Source: Octopus sinensis
Taxonomy: Eukaryota
Reading direction: 5' to 3'
Length of the DNA stretch: 64,000 nucleotides
Assembly (NCBI RefSeq): GCF_006345805.1
Contig: NC_043015.1
Span: forward strand, 14,136,001 to 14,200,000
Shown: positions 26,695 to 39,165 of the stretch, piece after piece
How positions within the stretch are numbered: the first letter of the stretch is position 1
How the letters are laid out: each line of letters opens with the position of its first letter
Notes under the pieces: generated by a model
Databases searched by the model: none
What the model was told of the DNA's origin: nothing
The model's input: only the letters and a program-made list of their open reading frames with translations
Program-made: the position numbers and the translations under genes

Positions 26695-28798
26695 CACACA
26701 CACACGCTTACATTATATATATATATATATATATATACATACGCATACATTGTGTGTGTGTGTGTGTGTTTGTATGTCTGTGTTTGTCCCCCCCCCCTTC
26801 TCAACATTGCTTGACAACTAAGTCCCTGTAACTTAGCGGTTCAGCAAAAGAGACCGATAGAATAAATACTAGGCTTACAAAGAATAAGTCCTGGGTCAAT
26901 TTGCTCGACTGAAGGCAATGCTCCAGCATGGCTGCAGTCAAATGACTGGAACAAGTAAAAGAGAGTAAAGAGAGTATATATATATATATATATATATTCT
27001 TATAAGAATAGTTAATTTTAGTATATATATAATGTTGTTTTAAGTTATTTTGAAATAAATTAAAATTTTTGTTGGTATACTTTAATAGTATATGTGTATC
27101 CTGGTTTCAAAATAAGTACGCGGCACTCCTGTTTTTTGTAAGAAGCAACTAAAAGGATTGATGACAGAAAGGGCATCTGGCCCCATAAAACACTACCTCA
27201 CAGAACTTGTCCCTGCTCATCCTGGCATAGAAAAGTGGGCCCAAAATTATGATGGTGACTACTTTGTTTGTAGTTTCCATCTTTTTTATTGTTTTTTGTT
27301 ATTATCTCATTTTGACCTCCAAAGAAGTTTCTATATCAAGGTAGAGCTTATCTTTTCATTCACCTATTTTTGAGTTGTGGTCAATATAGTTTCATGGTCA
27401 AATGACATGATGGTCACTAAAAGCAGATTGCTTATTAAGGTCGTTATTATTTAGAGTTAGTCTTTTTACTTTGCTATGAATTCATTGTTTTTTTTTATCA
27501 TAAGAAGATTACTAACTGGCAATTGTTATTTTTTTTTCCCCCTCACATATAAGTTAATACCTTAATCTCTATCTGAAACAGTGTGAGTATGTAAATCTGG
27601 TGTAGATTATATAGTTGTCAGCTGTCTAATCTCACTTTATGTATCTCACTGTTTGTAGTTTTCTGTTATTGTTTAGCGCTTGCATTAACATTTCATTTGT
27701 GAAAAATCTTTTAATTTGTTAAACATTAATTTCTGTTTATTAGTTTTTGTGAGACAACTTTCACTTTTTAAGCCTGCCTTATTCTATTGTACCAATCAGA
27801 TCTTACTTAATTTTTACTATTTCCCCGCCCTAGTCTATTTCATGAACACGATTGCCAATGACCTTCAGTAAGCTAATGCTATCCAATGGATTGTTGATAT
27901 TGATTAATTTTATGTTAATATTTCTCTGCAGCAAGTAGTTTCAGTTTTCGGTATTATTTCGTATGTGATATGAGTGTAAATAACTTGTACTCCTGATGGC
28001 AAATTTCCTAATTTCTTCAATTTCCATACTCTAAGATTCTTACTTACCACAAATCATCTTGGAGTCTTTCGGTACAGTATTTCTATTATTATTCTTATTT
28101 TCAGTTAAATTATATTTTTCCATACAATTATATTTTCTCGTACCATCTGCCTTATACATTTACATCACCGCTGTATTTGACTGTTTCTAAAAATATTTTA
28201 TTTTTGTGCAGTCTTTTTACTCAGTTGGTGATCTGCAGGAAATTGTTTAGAGCTAGATGCATTCATATAGGTACTACTTTTTGGAGTATTCAGATAATAT
28301 TAATTCCTTAAAGTAAAAGTTTATAACTGGACACAGATTGTAAATTTTATCATCAAAATGAAGTGTCAACAATATAAAAATGCTTTTTGTAGTTTTATGT
28401 TGATATGAAGGAAAATTTTTAGGAGATTTAGATGAATAATATAAAATGTAATTGTAAATTATTTTTATCAGTAATAACTAATATATAATATTAAAAAAAA
28501 AATTAAATACCTATCTTCTGTTCACTCTTTTTCCTTTCCTCTTTTTCATTATCTCTTTTACTTTGATCATTTGATTATTTTTTCACCTTTACAAACGACA
28601 TACTTTGCAAAGCAAAAAAAAAAAAAAAAGGGCGAGACAAAAAGAGAAATCCTATTCATATTTGATACAGCCCTGTAATACATAACCTTTTCTGAGATAA
28701 CTGATTCTAGTAACATAGACCATTACAATCAGATTGTTATAGAATTTATCTTAGAGTGGAAGTATGTATGATGCTTATAGGTACAATAATTGAGCTAA

Positions 28799-29007
28799 AG
28801 CATGTTGTCAACTTAATGTGACAGTCCCATAAAAGGGAAGAATGCTACTGTTATTTAGCCCTAGGAAACACTGTATCCTATTGGACTTGACACATTTCCT
28901 GTGTCCTTATGTTTTCAAAGTGGACACTGGAAATGTGTCAAGTCCAACAGGAAATGGTTAGCATTTTTCCCTTTCATGGGACTGTCACATTAAGTCGACA
29001 ACATGCT
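28799..29007. repeat. Nested foldback/MITE-like element
   Basis: Outer arms 28799-28847 and 28959-29007; inner arms 28877-28906 and 28922-28951; an asymmetric bulge lies between them. Confidence 0.88.
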
Positions 29008-29914
29008 ATCACTTTATTGTGCTGCTACTGCGTAAATCTCTCTGAGAGATTTAGAAATATATTATTTCAATAATTGAGCTGTCTTAAATTTAACTACTTT
29101 GACATGAAAATTTATACATAAAACATTATTTCACCTAACGAGTTGTCTGAAATTGCTTTTCATTTAATTAAGTATTTTGTTTATGCTTATAATTTTTAAT
29201 TGTTAGAGTTCAAAATGTAATTAGTCATGCATAGAATTTTTAATATTGATTTCTAACATTAGCACAAGGCCACAGTTTTGGTGGGAAGGATACAGTCAAT
29301 TATGAGGATAATTCAATTTTATTGATCTTGGAAGGATGGAAGACAAAACTGCCCCAAAAACTGAACTCAGAATATAAAGAGCCTAATATTGATAATCCTC
29401 TTGTAAAGTTATGTGAAATAATTGCTCTAAATTAAAATTCTACTCTTGTCCCACTGCATGGTACCTTAGGCAAGTTTCTTCTACTATAGCCTCAGGCTGA
29501 CCAAAGCCTTGTGAGTTGATTTGGTTGATGGAAACTGAAAGAAACCCATCGTATATATGTGTGTGTGTTTGTGCCCTTTTTGTCAATGTATAGTGACAAA
29601 AGATTTAAACATTGATAAGGAAAATGAAAAACGAATGCTTACTCACTGACATCCCTTTAGATATTTGTTCTGCACCAAGTTGTATATGCTTCCTTTTCAC
29701 TTTCACCATTAGAAACACCATGAACCAGTATTTAGTCTGTTGAAAATCTGTAGTAGCAATGCTATTGTTGTGGTTAAGAAGCACACTTTACAACCATATG
29801 GTTTGGGGTTCAGTCCCACTGCACAGCACCATGGGCAAGTCTTTCCTAATATAGTTCCAGGTCAACCAATGACTTAATTGGTAAAATCTGGTAGATGGAA
29901 ACTCTGTTGAAGCC

Positions 29915-29953
<39 letters not shown>

Positions 29954-31651
29954 TGTGTGTGTGTGCATTTGTCCTTACTCCCCACTGCTTGACAACTAGT
30001 TTCAGCTTAGAAAAAGAGAGGATAGAATAAGTATTGAACTGGTGGGTGGGGGTGAACTTTTCAACTAAAACCCTTCAAGGTGGTGCCCCAATATGATCGC
30101 AGTCCAATGATAGAAACAAATAGAAGACAAAAGATACTGAAACATACTTTCATTTTAGGTAAGAGTATCTATCACTCAGCTTACTGACATTATTGTAGAT
30201 TTATTATGAAAGTATACTGCATGCTCTGTGGCATAGGCAAGACAGATTTTAACAAAGGAAAATAATATTTTACAGAACACCACAGAACATGATTAGTAAA
30301 ACAGTTCCATGTTGGAAACGTAGTTAAATGTTTACAACATCAATTCTTTTTTAAAATTTTCCTTGACCCCTTGAACACATTAAACCAGTTACCTGGTTCC
30401 CATGGTGCATAAGTGACTGAACACTATCCCTGAATGGGACACCAGTCTGTTGCGGGGTTCAAAGTCAGGAATTTTGAGGAGAGGAGAACAAGGTGATTGC
30501 ATCAACCCCGACACTTGACTGCTACTTTATTTTATTGACACCAAAGGGATGAAAATGGAGAGATGTGGCCTTGTTTTGGGATGTTGCACTCACAAGTGCA
30601 AAATCATAGTTTTGATCCCTGGGCTGGACAGTGTTGTGTTCTTGAGCAAAACACTCCATTTCACTTAGTTCCAGTCCACTTAGCTATAAATGAATAACTC
30701 CATGACAGACTGGCATCCTATTTAAGAGGAATGTCGTTATCTTGGTCACTTATACATCATAAAAACTAAGTAATTAACCCCATAAGTTCTAGGACTCAAA
30801 GCAGTAATGTCCAAGGGTAATGATGACAAAGGAATGAAAGATGAATTTGGCAGGGTTTGAACTCACAAAATAAAGAGTTGGAAGAAATGTCACTAAGAAT
30901 TTTGTCCAATGAGTCACCTTCTGCCAGCTTGCAGCTTTATAACACATATTACTATGACTTGGTTGAAAAGGACAATAAATATTATTCTTTAGCAGCAAAT
31001 ATTTTAAATGACACTTCATTTTTGTATTTGGTTACAAAGTTCTTTATGTGAATTCATTTTGTGGTGTCTAGGGAGAGAGATTATGCTAATACTAATAACA
31101 CACACACCAATTCAATTCCAATTTTTTATTATTAGTCAAATGGTTAAATATCTATCCTATAACTCATTGATCTTTTGTATAACTTCGTTAAATTTGACCA
31201 ACAAAGGAGTGGAATTGAACCAGTGCATGTGTTATTAATAATGGTTTAATGACTGTCCCCAGACATTACAAAATTTTAAATGATTAATTATATTTCAAGC
31301 ATATTAATAGCTTTTAAATATGTAAAATGATATCTCAGTTATTATTAATCATCATTTCATATGATGTTAAAAAAAAAAAAACAATGATTCATAGTGTTTC
31401 AACATACATTTAACATTATGTGGAATTTTCAAATATCAAATTGCTGAGTTTTCAAAATTTAATAAAATATTATATTCACCCCAGCCACATGGATTCAGGC
31501 TCAGTCCCACTGTATGGCACTTTGGACAAGTGTCTTCTACTACAGCCCTGTCTTTTAAGTGAATTTTGTTAATGGAAACTGTAAGAAGCCTGTCATATAT
31601 ATATATATATATAAATAAATGAAAGAATGGAGTTGAACGACGATTTAACAA

Positions 31652-31754
31652 AATTCCTTTATTCTCGACATATGTTTCGAAGACTGCATATTCCTAATTT
31701 CGAAGGAATAAGGGGTGCATTATGCCTCCTTCTCATCAGGAAAGACAAGGAACT
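31652..31754 (-). ncRNA. Type I hammerhead ribozyme motif (Penelope-style, minimal stem III), intact core
   Basis: Minus strand reads ...GUUCCUUGUCUUUC-CUGAUGA(31739-31733)-GAAG...CUUC-GAAAC-AUAU-GUC(31669-31667)-GAGAAUAAAGGAAUU. All core nucleotides are present. Stem II closes GAAG/CUUC. Stem I is 4 bp, a 3x3 internal loop, then about 9 bp. Stem III is the palindrome ACAUAUGU. Confidence 0.75.
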
Positions 31755-31912
31755 TATGTCAGCATCATGAAGAACAAAAACTTTTAGATGACTGCCCACA
31801 CGGAGTCCATAGCAATAATGAGTGTTTCTCATTATCACTATACACTCATTATCGCTATGGACTCCGTGTGGGCAGTCATCTAAAAGTTTTTGTTCTTCAT
31901 GATGCTGACATA

Positions 31913-32015
31913 AGTTCCTTGTCTTTCTTGATGAGAAGGCAGCATAATGCACCCCTTATTCCTTCGAATTTAGGAATATGCAGTCTTCGAAACATATGTC
32001 GAGAATAAAGGAATT
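31913..32015 (+). ncRNA. Second, inverted copy of the hammerhead motif, with a C3U core change
   Basis: Plus strand TTGATGA at 31928-31934 instead of CTGATGA, GAAAC at 31989-31993 and GTC at 31998-32000. Stem I is the same as in the minus copy. Confidence 0.65.
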
Positions 32016-32228
32016 TTGTTAAATCGTCGTTCAACTCCATTCTTTCATTTATTTGTATTAAAAAAAACACACAAATTTCCACACGAAAGCACGTGATCTC
32101 TGCCCTTGGCATGTAGCTTCAACCGTGTTTTTCTGACGTGAATTTTCTACCCGGGTATTGGTTAACCGAATTATCCATACTAGGATAATTCATTAAACTA
32201 CTTAAATATATATATATATATATATATA

Positions 32229-32672
32229 CAGTAATACCTTGCTATACGAGTTAATTTGTTCCTGGAGACTGCTTGTAAAGTGAAAACTTGTAAAACAGAG
32301 CAATAATTTCCCATTGTCGCAGTGTTATGAATCGTAATTCATTTCCAGAAAAATATTTTACCTATAAAATTTATAATACTTATAAATGAATGGCAATAAA
32401 ACAACAGTATGAAGTAAAACAAAATATCAAGATAATTTATAGCAAAAAATATTATAATTGGTTTCTGAATCACTTTCACTTGCACTAGACGCATGCACAC
32501 CATCACTTGTAGACGTGGTCACCGATTCACAAGCACTCGTAGACAGACTTGTAGATTTCTTTGTAAAAACAAGTTTAGAGTTATCTGCTTAGAAGAAGCT
32601 TTTTTTTCACTCGTTATCACTCATAAACCCAGGGTCTCATAATACGGGTCCTCATAAAGTAATGTATTACTG
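32229..32672. mobile_element. pogo/Tigger-like MITE
   Basis: Termini CAGTAATAC and GTATTACTG, each flanked by TA. Confidence 0.7.
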
Positions 32673-35343
32673 TATGTGTGTGTGTGTGTGTGTGAATGTG
32701 TGGTTTGTTACTGACTCTTTGCCTTTACTTCATGAGTGTCACCATCATGCAAACTGTGTCCTTTTTTTCATCCATGGAAACATGTCTGGTGAAAGGAAAA
32801 TAATACGTTGGAAATAGCTGAGGGTTGGCAACAGGAAAATCGGTCTCAACAAATCCTGTCTGACCCATGCAAGTATGGAAAAGTGGATGTTAAAAGGATA
32901 TTGATGATGATGATTATAAATTTTATTTATGATTCTATACAGAATGAATAAGTATTTGACTGATTAATTTCTGATAAAATATAAATATAAAAAAAGACAA
33001 TAACAAAAATTAACGAGATATTATAATCAACCAACTTGGACTGCTTTTAACTTTATTGTTATTTAACATTACACTTGTATTATACAGTCGTCATTTTTCT
33101 GGCAAACTGTCTATTCAATTTATTATTAATTGAAGAGTTTATAAGCTTCATCTGTCCATTATAGATTCTGATACATTATCTACAGTCAAGTTCTATCTTC
33201 AATATATTATCATCATTGTTTTAATGCCCACTTATCCATGCTTCAGTGGGTCAAATGGTGTTTTATTGAGGCAGATTTTCTACAATCAGATGCCCTTCCA
33301 GTCACCAACCTTCACTTCTATCCAAGTAAGGTAATATTTATCCATGGCCAGACAGGTCTTCAAAGAATTTCGGAAATGAAAGTATGAAAGTAACACTCAT
33401 TTACAACTATCACACAATGTCAAACCAAAGTGATTTACACTCATTCACACATGCATGCACAAACATGATGAACTTCTGCTTAGCCCAGAACCATAGCAGA
33501 AGACACTTGCCCAGGGTACCATGCAGTGGAGCTTAACCCAAAACCATGTGGCTGGGAAGTAAACTTCTTATACCCACAGCCATACCTGCTCCTATCTACT
33601 ATTTCCAATAAACTATTAAACCACAGTCAATAATTTTTAGTTTTAATTACTGAAACTAAACAGTGAACTGGCGAAGTTGATAGTGCATAGGACCAAGTAC
33701 CTTGTGGTATTTTGCACCAGCTGTTTGTGTTGTAAGTTTGTGGATGGTAGATTTAACCTGTCTCCTACTTTAACATATCCACCTGATATTTAGGTACTTC
33801 AGTAGCATTTAGTCTATTGCAAGTATTCTATCCAGGTCTCTGGTTTAATGATACCTTCCTCTCTGGTCTCGGAGGCCTTGAAGAAATAAAGGGTCACTGG
33901 TACTATCCTTCATTCTTTGTTTAAGTGGTTAAAAAAATACATATAACATTGCTGTTCTTGTCTATCACTACAGTACACTATCAAATTTCACTGCACTCCA
34001 TCCATCATCCATAGTTTTGTTATAACTATTTCCCTTTCAAAAAGCCTACGCTTGACTTTCCATGCTGTAGTCAAGTAGACTACTGTATGAAGTACTCTTT
34101 CACAAAGAAACTAATGAAAAATTAACTTCATTTTTTTATTTTTCGTTTGTTTTCTATGCTGGCTTGGGTTGGACAGCTTGACAGCAATGGCAAGGCCAAG
34201 GGCCACACCAGCTTCCATAGTCTATTTTGTCTCAGTTTCTATAGCTGGATGCCCTTCCTAATGCCAGTCACTTCACAGTTTGTACTGGGTGCTTTTTACA
34301 TGGTGCCTGCACCAGTGATTTTTATGTGGCACCAGCACCCACACTAATGCTTTTTACATGGCACTTTGGCTTTAGGATCTCAATTCTGTTGTGGTGAGCA
34401 GATCTTCTCGAGAATAACAATGCATCCCATATCTCACTCCTCTGTCAATTTCCTTCAGAAGGTTCAGTGTTTCATAAGGTTAACTTGCTTATACTTAAAC
34501 ACATAATAATCTCACAACTATTTCACTACAAGTATATTTTTCTGTGGCCACATGTGCAGCCACACCTCTTTTTATACTGTCTTTATTGCTGTTTTACTTC
34601 TAATATAGTTTATACCTTTCCATCTACCTTAATCACATATTCAATAAGCTTTCATCTCTCGTTAATACACAACTTTAAAATATGACCTTACCTCCTGTAA
34701 CACTTGATACTGACATTGAAATAGTTAATGATTTGATTTGCCTCTCTATTTTCCCACCAACCTCTTTGAGAATGTACTGTTTATGTAACAAAATTTCCAA
34801 GGTGTCATACCACACTTCATTTGTCATGGCTGTCAAATTGTTTTCCTGGTAAAACAAAACCTGTTCCTGATTATCTGGGTCATATTTGCTGCACACTCCA
34901 TCAGTGGCTTTTCGCTCTAACATTTTTATCTGTCTCTTGGTGAGATGTTCTTTTTTATTCTAGCTAATAGAGAAACCGAGTGCTATAGATTTTTGAAGAA
35001 GTAAAATAGCAGCTATGAATGCACTCATTATCAGATTAGTTCAGAGTTGCTAATGAGATCAGTTAGTCTCATTGCTTGAATCTCTAATAAGTATAATTGC
35101 TTAAATTATGCTTTATATTTATTCATTACATTTCCTTCCTTCAGCTTCATTCACATATTTAAAATTAGTAAAAAAAATTTTCAGTCAACTATGATATTAG
35201 TTTCTGGGCTGTCATTTGACTTCATGAAATTGTAGTTCTCTCTTTTGCTTCCTTTATTTCTGCATAAGTTGTTGGTCCTTTATTTCACTTTTCTTTTTCT
35301 TTAATTCTATTCCTCCTTTTTCCTTTAATTAATTCCTCTAAGC

Positions 35344-35727
35344 CAGTGATTTCCAATGTGGGGCATACGCTCTATTGGTGGCGATTTGGGAAAATTGTGG
35401 TGGGGTGCAAGATCCAAAATTCCTTTTCCCTTTTTTTTTTTTAGTGGGATATGGAATTGTGAAAATCTTTTTTTTTTTCACAGCAAACATACTACACCTA
35501 CATGCAGCCTACTCAAACCAATCCATCTAACCAAGAATACTGTGTGAAAACTGCTTGTTACAGTATAGTATTATTCTAATGCCCTAGTGTGGATATTTCT
35601 TTAAGGAAAGTATACAATTATGAGAAGTTGATAAATTATTAATCGTTTTGCATATGTCACTGGCAGGGCATACATTTTTCTGGATAGTTATAGTGGGACC
35701 TGGGGGAAAATAGATTGGGAAACACAG
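35344..35727. mobile_element. Probable hAT-type MITE
   Basis: CAGTGATTTCCAA ... TTGGGAAACACAG imperfect TIRs. Flanks CTCTAAGC and AGCTAAGC match at 6 of 8 positions. Confidence 0.55.
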
Positions 35728-35735
35728 AGCTAAGC

Positions 35736-36230
35736 TATTTGTGTTTCTGTTATGGAACATCACAGAGGCAAGTGGTGAAGAATTTTGGGACCATATTCAC
35801 AAATGATGGGAGACAAGCAGCTGAATTGGATGTCAGAATTGCAGGTGCTGACACAGTAATGCACCATTGCCTGCATTTGATTCTCAGAAGAGGTGAGGTT
35901 GGTGAAAAATCCAAACTTATTATCTTCAATTTGTTTTTATGCCTATCATCACCTATGGTCAATAATATTGGTTATGACTGAAAGAGTACCATCTCAAATA
36001 CAAGCAGCTGAAGCGGGGTTTCTGCAAAAGATTCCTAGATTAACATTACTCAAGGAGTCTCTTCTGATTGAATCACTACTTCTTTTCATTTAGAGGTCAC
36101 AACTCCTCTACTATGGACATGTGGTTAGAATACTGCAGGAAAGGATCACAAAACAGATTCTTCAAGCTGAACCAACCAGCAGGAGACCAAGACTGAGATG
36201 GTTAGATAATATCATTATCTTGATTGTTCA
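35736..36230 (+). mobile_element. Decayed RTE-type LINE 3' fragment
   Basis: LGTIFTNDGR..AELDVRI, QIQAAEAGFLQKI, QLLYYGHVVRI.QERITKQIL and RPRLRWLD. Confidence 0.75.
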
Positions 36231-37519
36231 CACTTTGGAATCCAGTAAGAAAGTATAATGATGATTACTTTTGATAGGACCTTTTGGTGGAGGTGCCTGC
36301 AGACTCTCAGAAACAGTGTGCTGTGAAAATGGATGGATGGGTGTATACAGCTCTTCACTTTTATCTTTCATATTAGAAAAATTTATGGAACAAAAAACTT
36401 TTTTTAATTGTCCATGAATGAGGATAAATTTCATACATAAAATCAGTCTTGTTGAAATTTCATATATAGAAACATAGTTAATCTTGCTGTGTAAAAAAGT
36501 TTTTTTATTAAAACTGCTAAGTGATGAGATTGACACCCTAAGCATGTCAATCTCCAGCATTCTGATGAATAAGTTACCAAACACTCGTTAAGTTTGAGTT
36601 TTGACATCAAATTTCTATACAGCGTTTTCACTTATGTTTATTCACTAACTTGCTGATCATGCAGTCATTCTTACCAACCATAAATGAGGACCTCTTTTCT
36701 ATTTTCCAATCAGAAAAATCACACAATTCATCAACATGAGATCACTTTTACTGTCAATCAGTTAGTTCTGTTGTGTCCATGAACAACTGGACTTGTGCTT
36801 ATCTCTAGTTTATGCAATATGAAAGGTTATTCTCCCCATATAAGATGCTAGTCTATCGAAGGTCTATAATTTTCTTATCAGATAACTGAACTCAGCACTC
36901 AAAGATAACAGACCATTTATTAACTTTACAATGTTCTTGCTGCTTACAACAGTGACCTGTATGATACTGTGATACTTAGAAATAGGGAGACGCCAAGGTT
37001 GTTTTTTTTAGTTTGTCAGAGAATGAATAACAATGCTTATGACCTTGCTCATTAAGACTAATGAAATTGATGTCAATGATACCCAGTTTGAGCATCTATT
37101 GGTCAATATCTGCAACATGTACTGATAACTGAAGAACTAGCAAGCTGGTCCAAATACTTCTATCTAAATGAATGTTACTAAACATATCCAAGGATATGGT
37201 AGTGATGTTAAACCAGGAAACATATTAAAGATTACACCCAGCTGGATGTCTACCCGAGGGATAGAGATTTGAGTGACATGGCTATAGATACTATGCATTG
37301 TGAATAACAGGATGAAGCACCCATATAAATTATTTTTATATGTTCTATGTATCTGATGACATTAATAGCTATTTGTGATATCTGTATCACACTACACATT
37401 GACTACAAGCACGAATGAGAGAACTCCTGTGAGGTTGCTTGACCTGTAAGAAATAGCAAATAAATATCCGTAGCTAAGTCACTCAACTCTCTAGCATTTG
37501 GAAAGTCACATACTATTAT

Positions 37520-37745
37520 TTTTTTTTTTTTATAATTTTTAACTTGCTGATGCTGAAGAAGTGTCCATATCCTTCACAGACCATCTAAGGCTGGTGTATC
37601 TGAGAGCATTAATGTTCTGTTTAAAGTGTTGCAAGTTGACACCTGAGACAGAAGCAGGAGAGGAGTTCCAGAGTGCTGACATTGTAAGGAAGAAAGAATT
37701 GGCAATATTCACCTCTGAAGTCTAAAAATTTCTGTTGAATTTTTA
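37520..37745 (-). mobile_element. LINE (CR1/L2-like) extreme 3' end with poly(A) tail
   Basis: Minus strand ANSFFLTMSALWNSSPASV...QHFK (cf. NSFFPRT..LWNSLP), followed by an A-tail seen as the T-run at about 37518-37532. Confidence 0.65.
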
Positions 37746-39125
37746 TAATGAGAAACTATGCACTGACTTTTTCAATGAAAGTAAGCTATAAAAATAATAT
37801 TTGTATTCAGAAGGCAATTAGATTATAAACCATTTACATTCCAGATTGATAATTTATGTTAATCTGTTTTGTTTTCAAGGACAATTGGATTTAATCTTTT
37901 TACTTTAAAATGATTGAAGGTAATTTATGATTTGATATAGTGGAAAATCTCTAACCTTGACACAGACATTGAATGTATTTTCGAATGATAAATGATAATC
38001 TCCTCCTATTATATTGATTAAAAGTTACTATTTTTTAAAAATTCCTCTTCTACTTATTTTAGGGAATGTTTTCAGTAATCTGGCAATTAGCTAAGGGCTT
38101 ATTTACTGAAATATCTCTACATAAATTCACATTAGAAATTTAAGTAAATTATTTAAACAATATTTCATTATGTTTAATTATGAACTGATCACATAGATAT
38201 AGCAAGCCATTCTTCCATAGGTATAAGAACATTTCATCATCATCCTCATCTCCTTCCTCTCTTCCTCCTCACCATCATCAATATTATCTGTTTTCCATGC
38301 TGGCATAGGTTGGGTGGGTTATCATGATCTGATTCAGTTCTTATTTGGAATAAATGCCCTTTTAGATGGACTGCGAACTACATTACCCTCGTATGTTCAA
38401 TTTTGGGCATTATTTCTATAACTGGATGTATTTCCTAACACTAACCATTTTACAAAGTGTACAGGGTGCGTTTTATTGTGCGATCAGCATTAGAGAGGTT
38501 GTCTTCTTTTCAGCAAAGATAAAAGATCCTCTTTATTCTATGTTGTCCTCGTTGCCACTTTACAGAAATTGTTTGGTTACATTTTATTATGGCACCAAGA
38601 CTAGAGTGGTTGCCTATCATCATCATCGTCATCGTTTAATGTCTACTTTCCATGCTGGTATGGGTTGGATGGTTTGACTGAGGACTGGCAGACCATAAGG
38701 ATGCACCAGGCTCCAATCTGATCCGGGGGAGTTTCTACAGCTGGATGTCCTTCCTAACGCCAACCACTCCGAGAGTGTAGTGGGTGCTTTTATGTGCCAG
38801 TCAGGCGGTTCTGGCAATGACTAGGCTCAAAAGGTGTTTTTTACATGCTACCTGCATGGGAGCCAGTCCAGCGGCACAGCTATATGGTAAGAAGTTTCCC
38901 AACCACATGGTTCTGGGTTCAGCATGGTACCTTCAGCAAATGTCTTCTACTATAGCCCCTGGCTGACCAAAGCCTGATGAATGGAATTGGTAGATTGCCA
39001 TCTTCTGCTTATTAATAAAATATATATATACATCACCATTTTAGAATCCACTTTTCCATGCTTTCATGGGTTCTGACAGTTTAGGGGCAGATTTTTTTCC
39101 ATATATACATGCTCTTATAAATGTG

Positions 39126-39165
<40 letters not shown>

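Larger units (their letters stand above)
31613..32054. repeat. 442-bp palindrome: two 213-bp inverted arms with a 16-nt spacer
   Basis: Arms 31613-31825 and 31842-32054 are reverse complements with 5 mismatches by eye. This explains the twin 97-aa ORFs at 31659-31952 (-) and 31715-32008 (+). Confidence 0.97.

Noticed and set aside
27561-27572. Minus-strand 12-nt microexon (ATAGAGATTAAG)
   Set aside because: Short pyrimidine tract, weaker donor, and it gives an immediate stop after the putative ATG ATT TGT G exon.
31659-32008. Twin 97-aa ORFs on opposite strands
   Set aside because: A by-product of the palindrome, with no recognisable domain.
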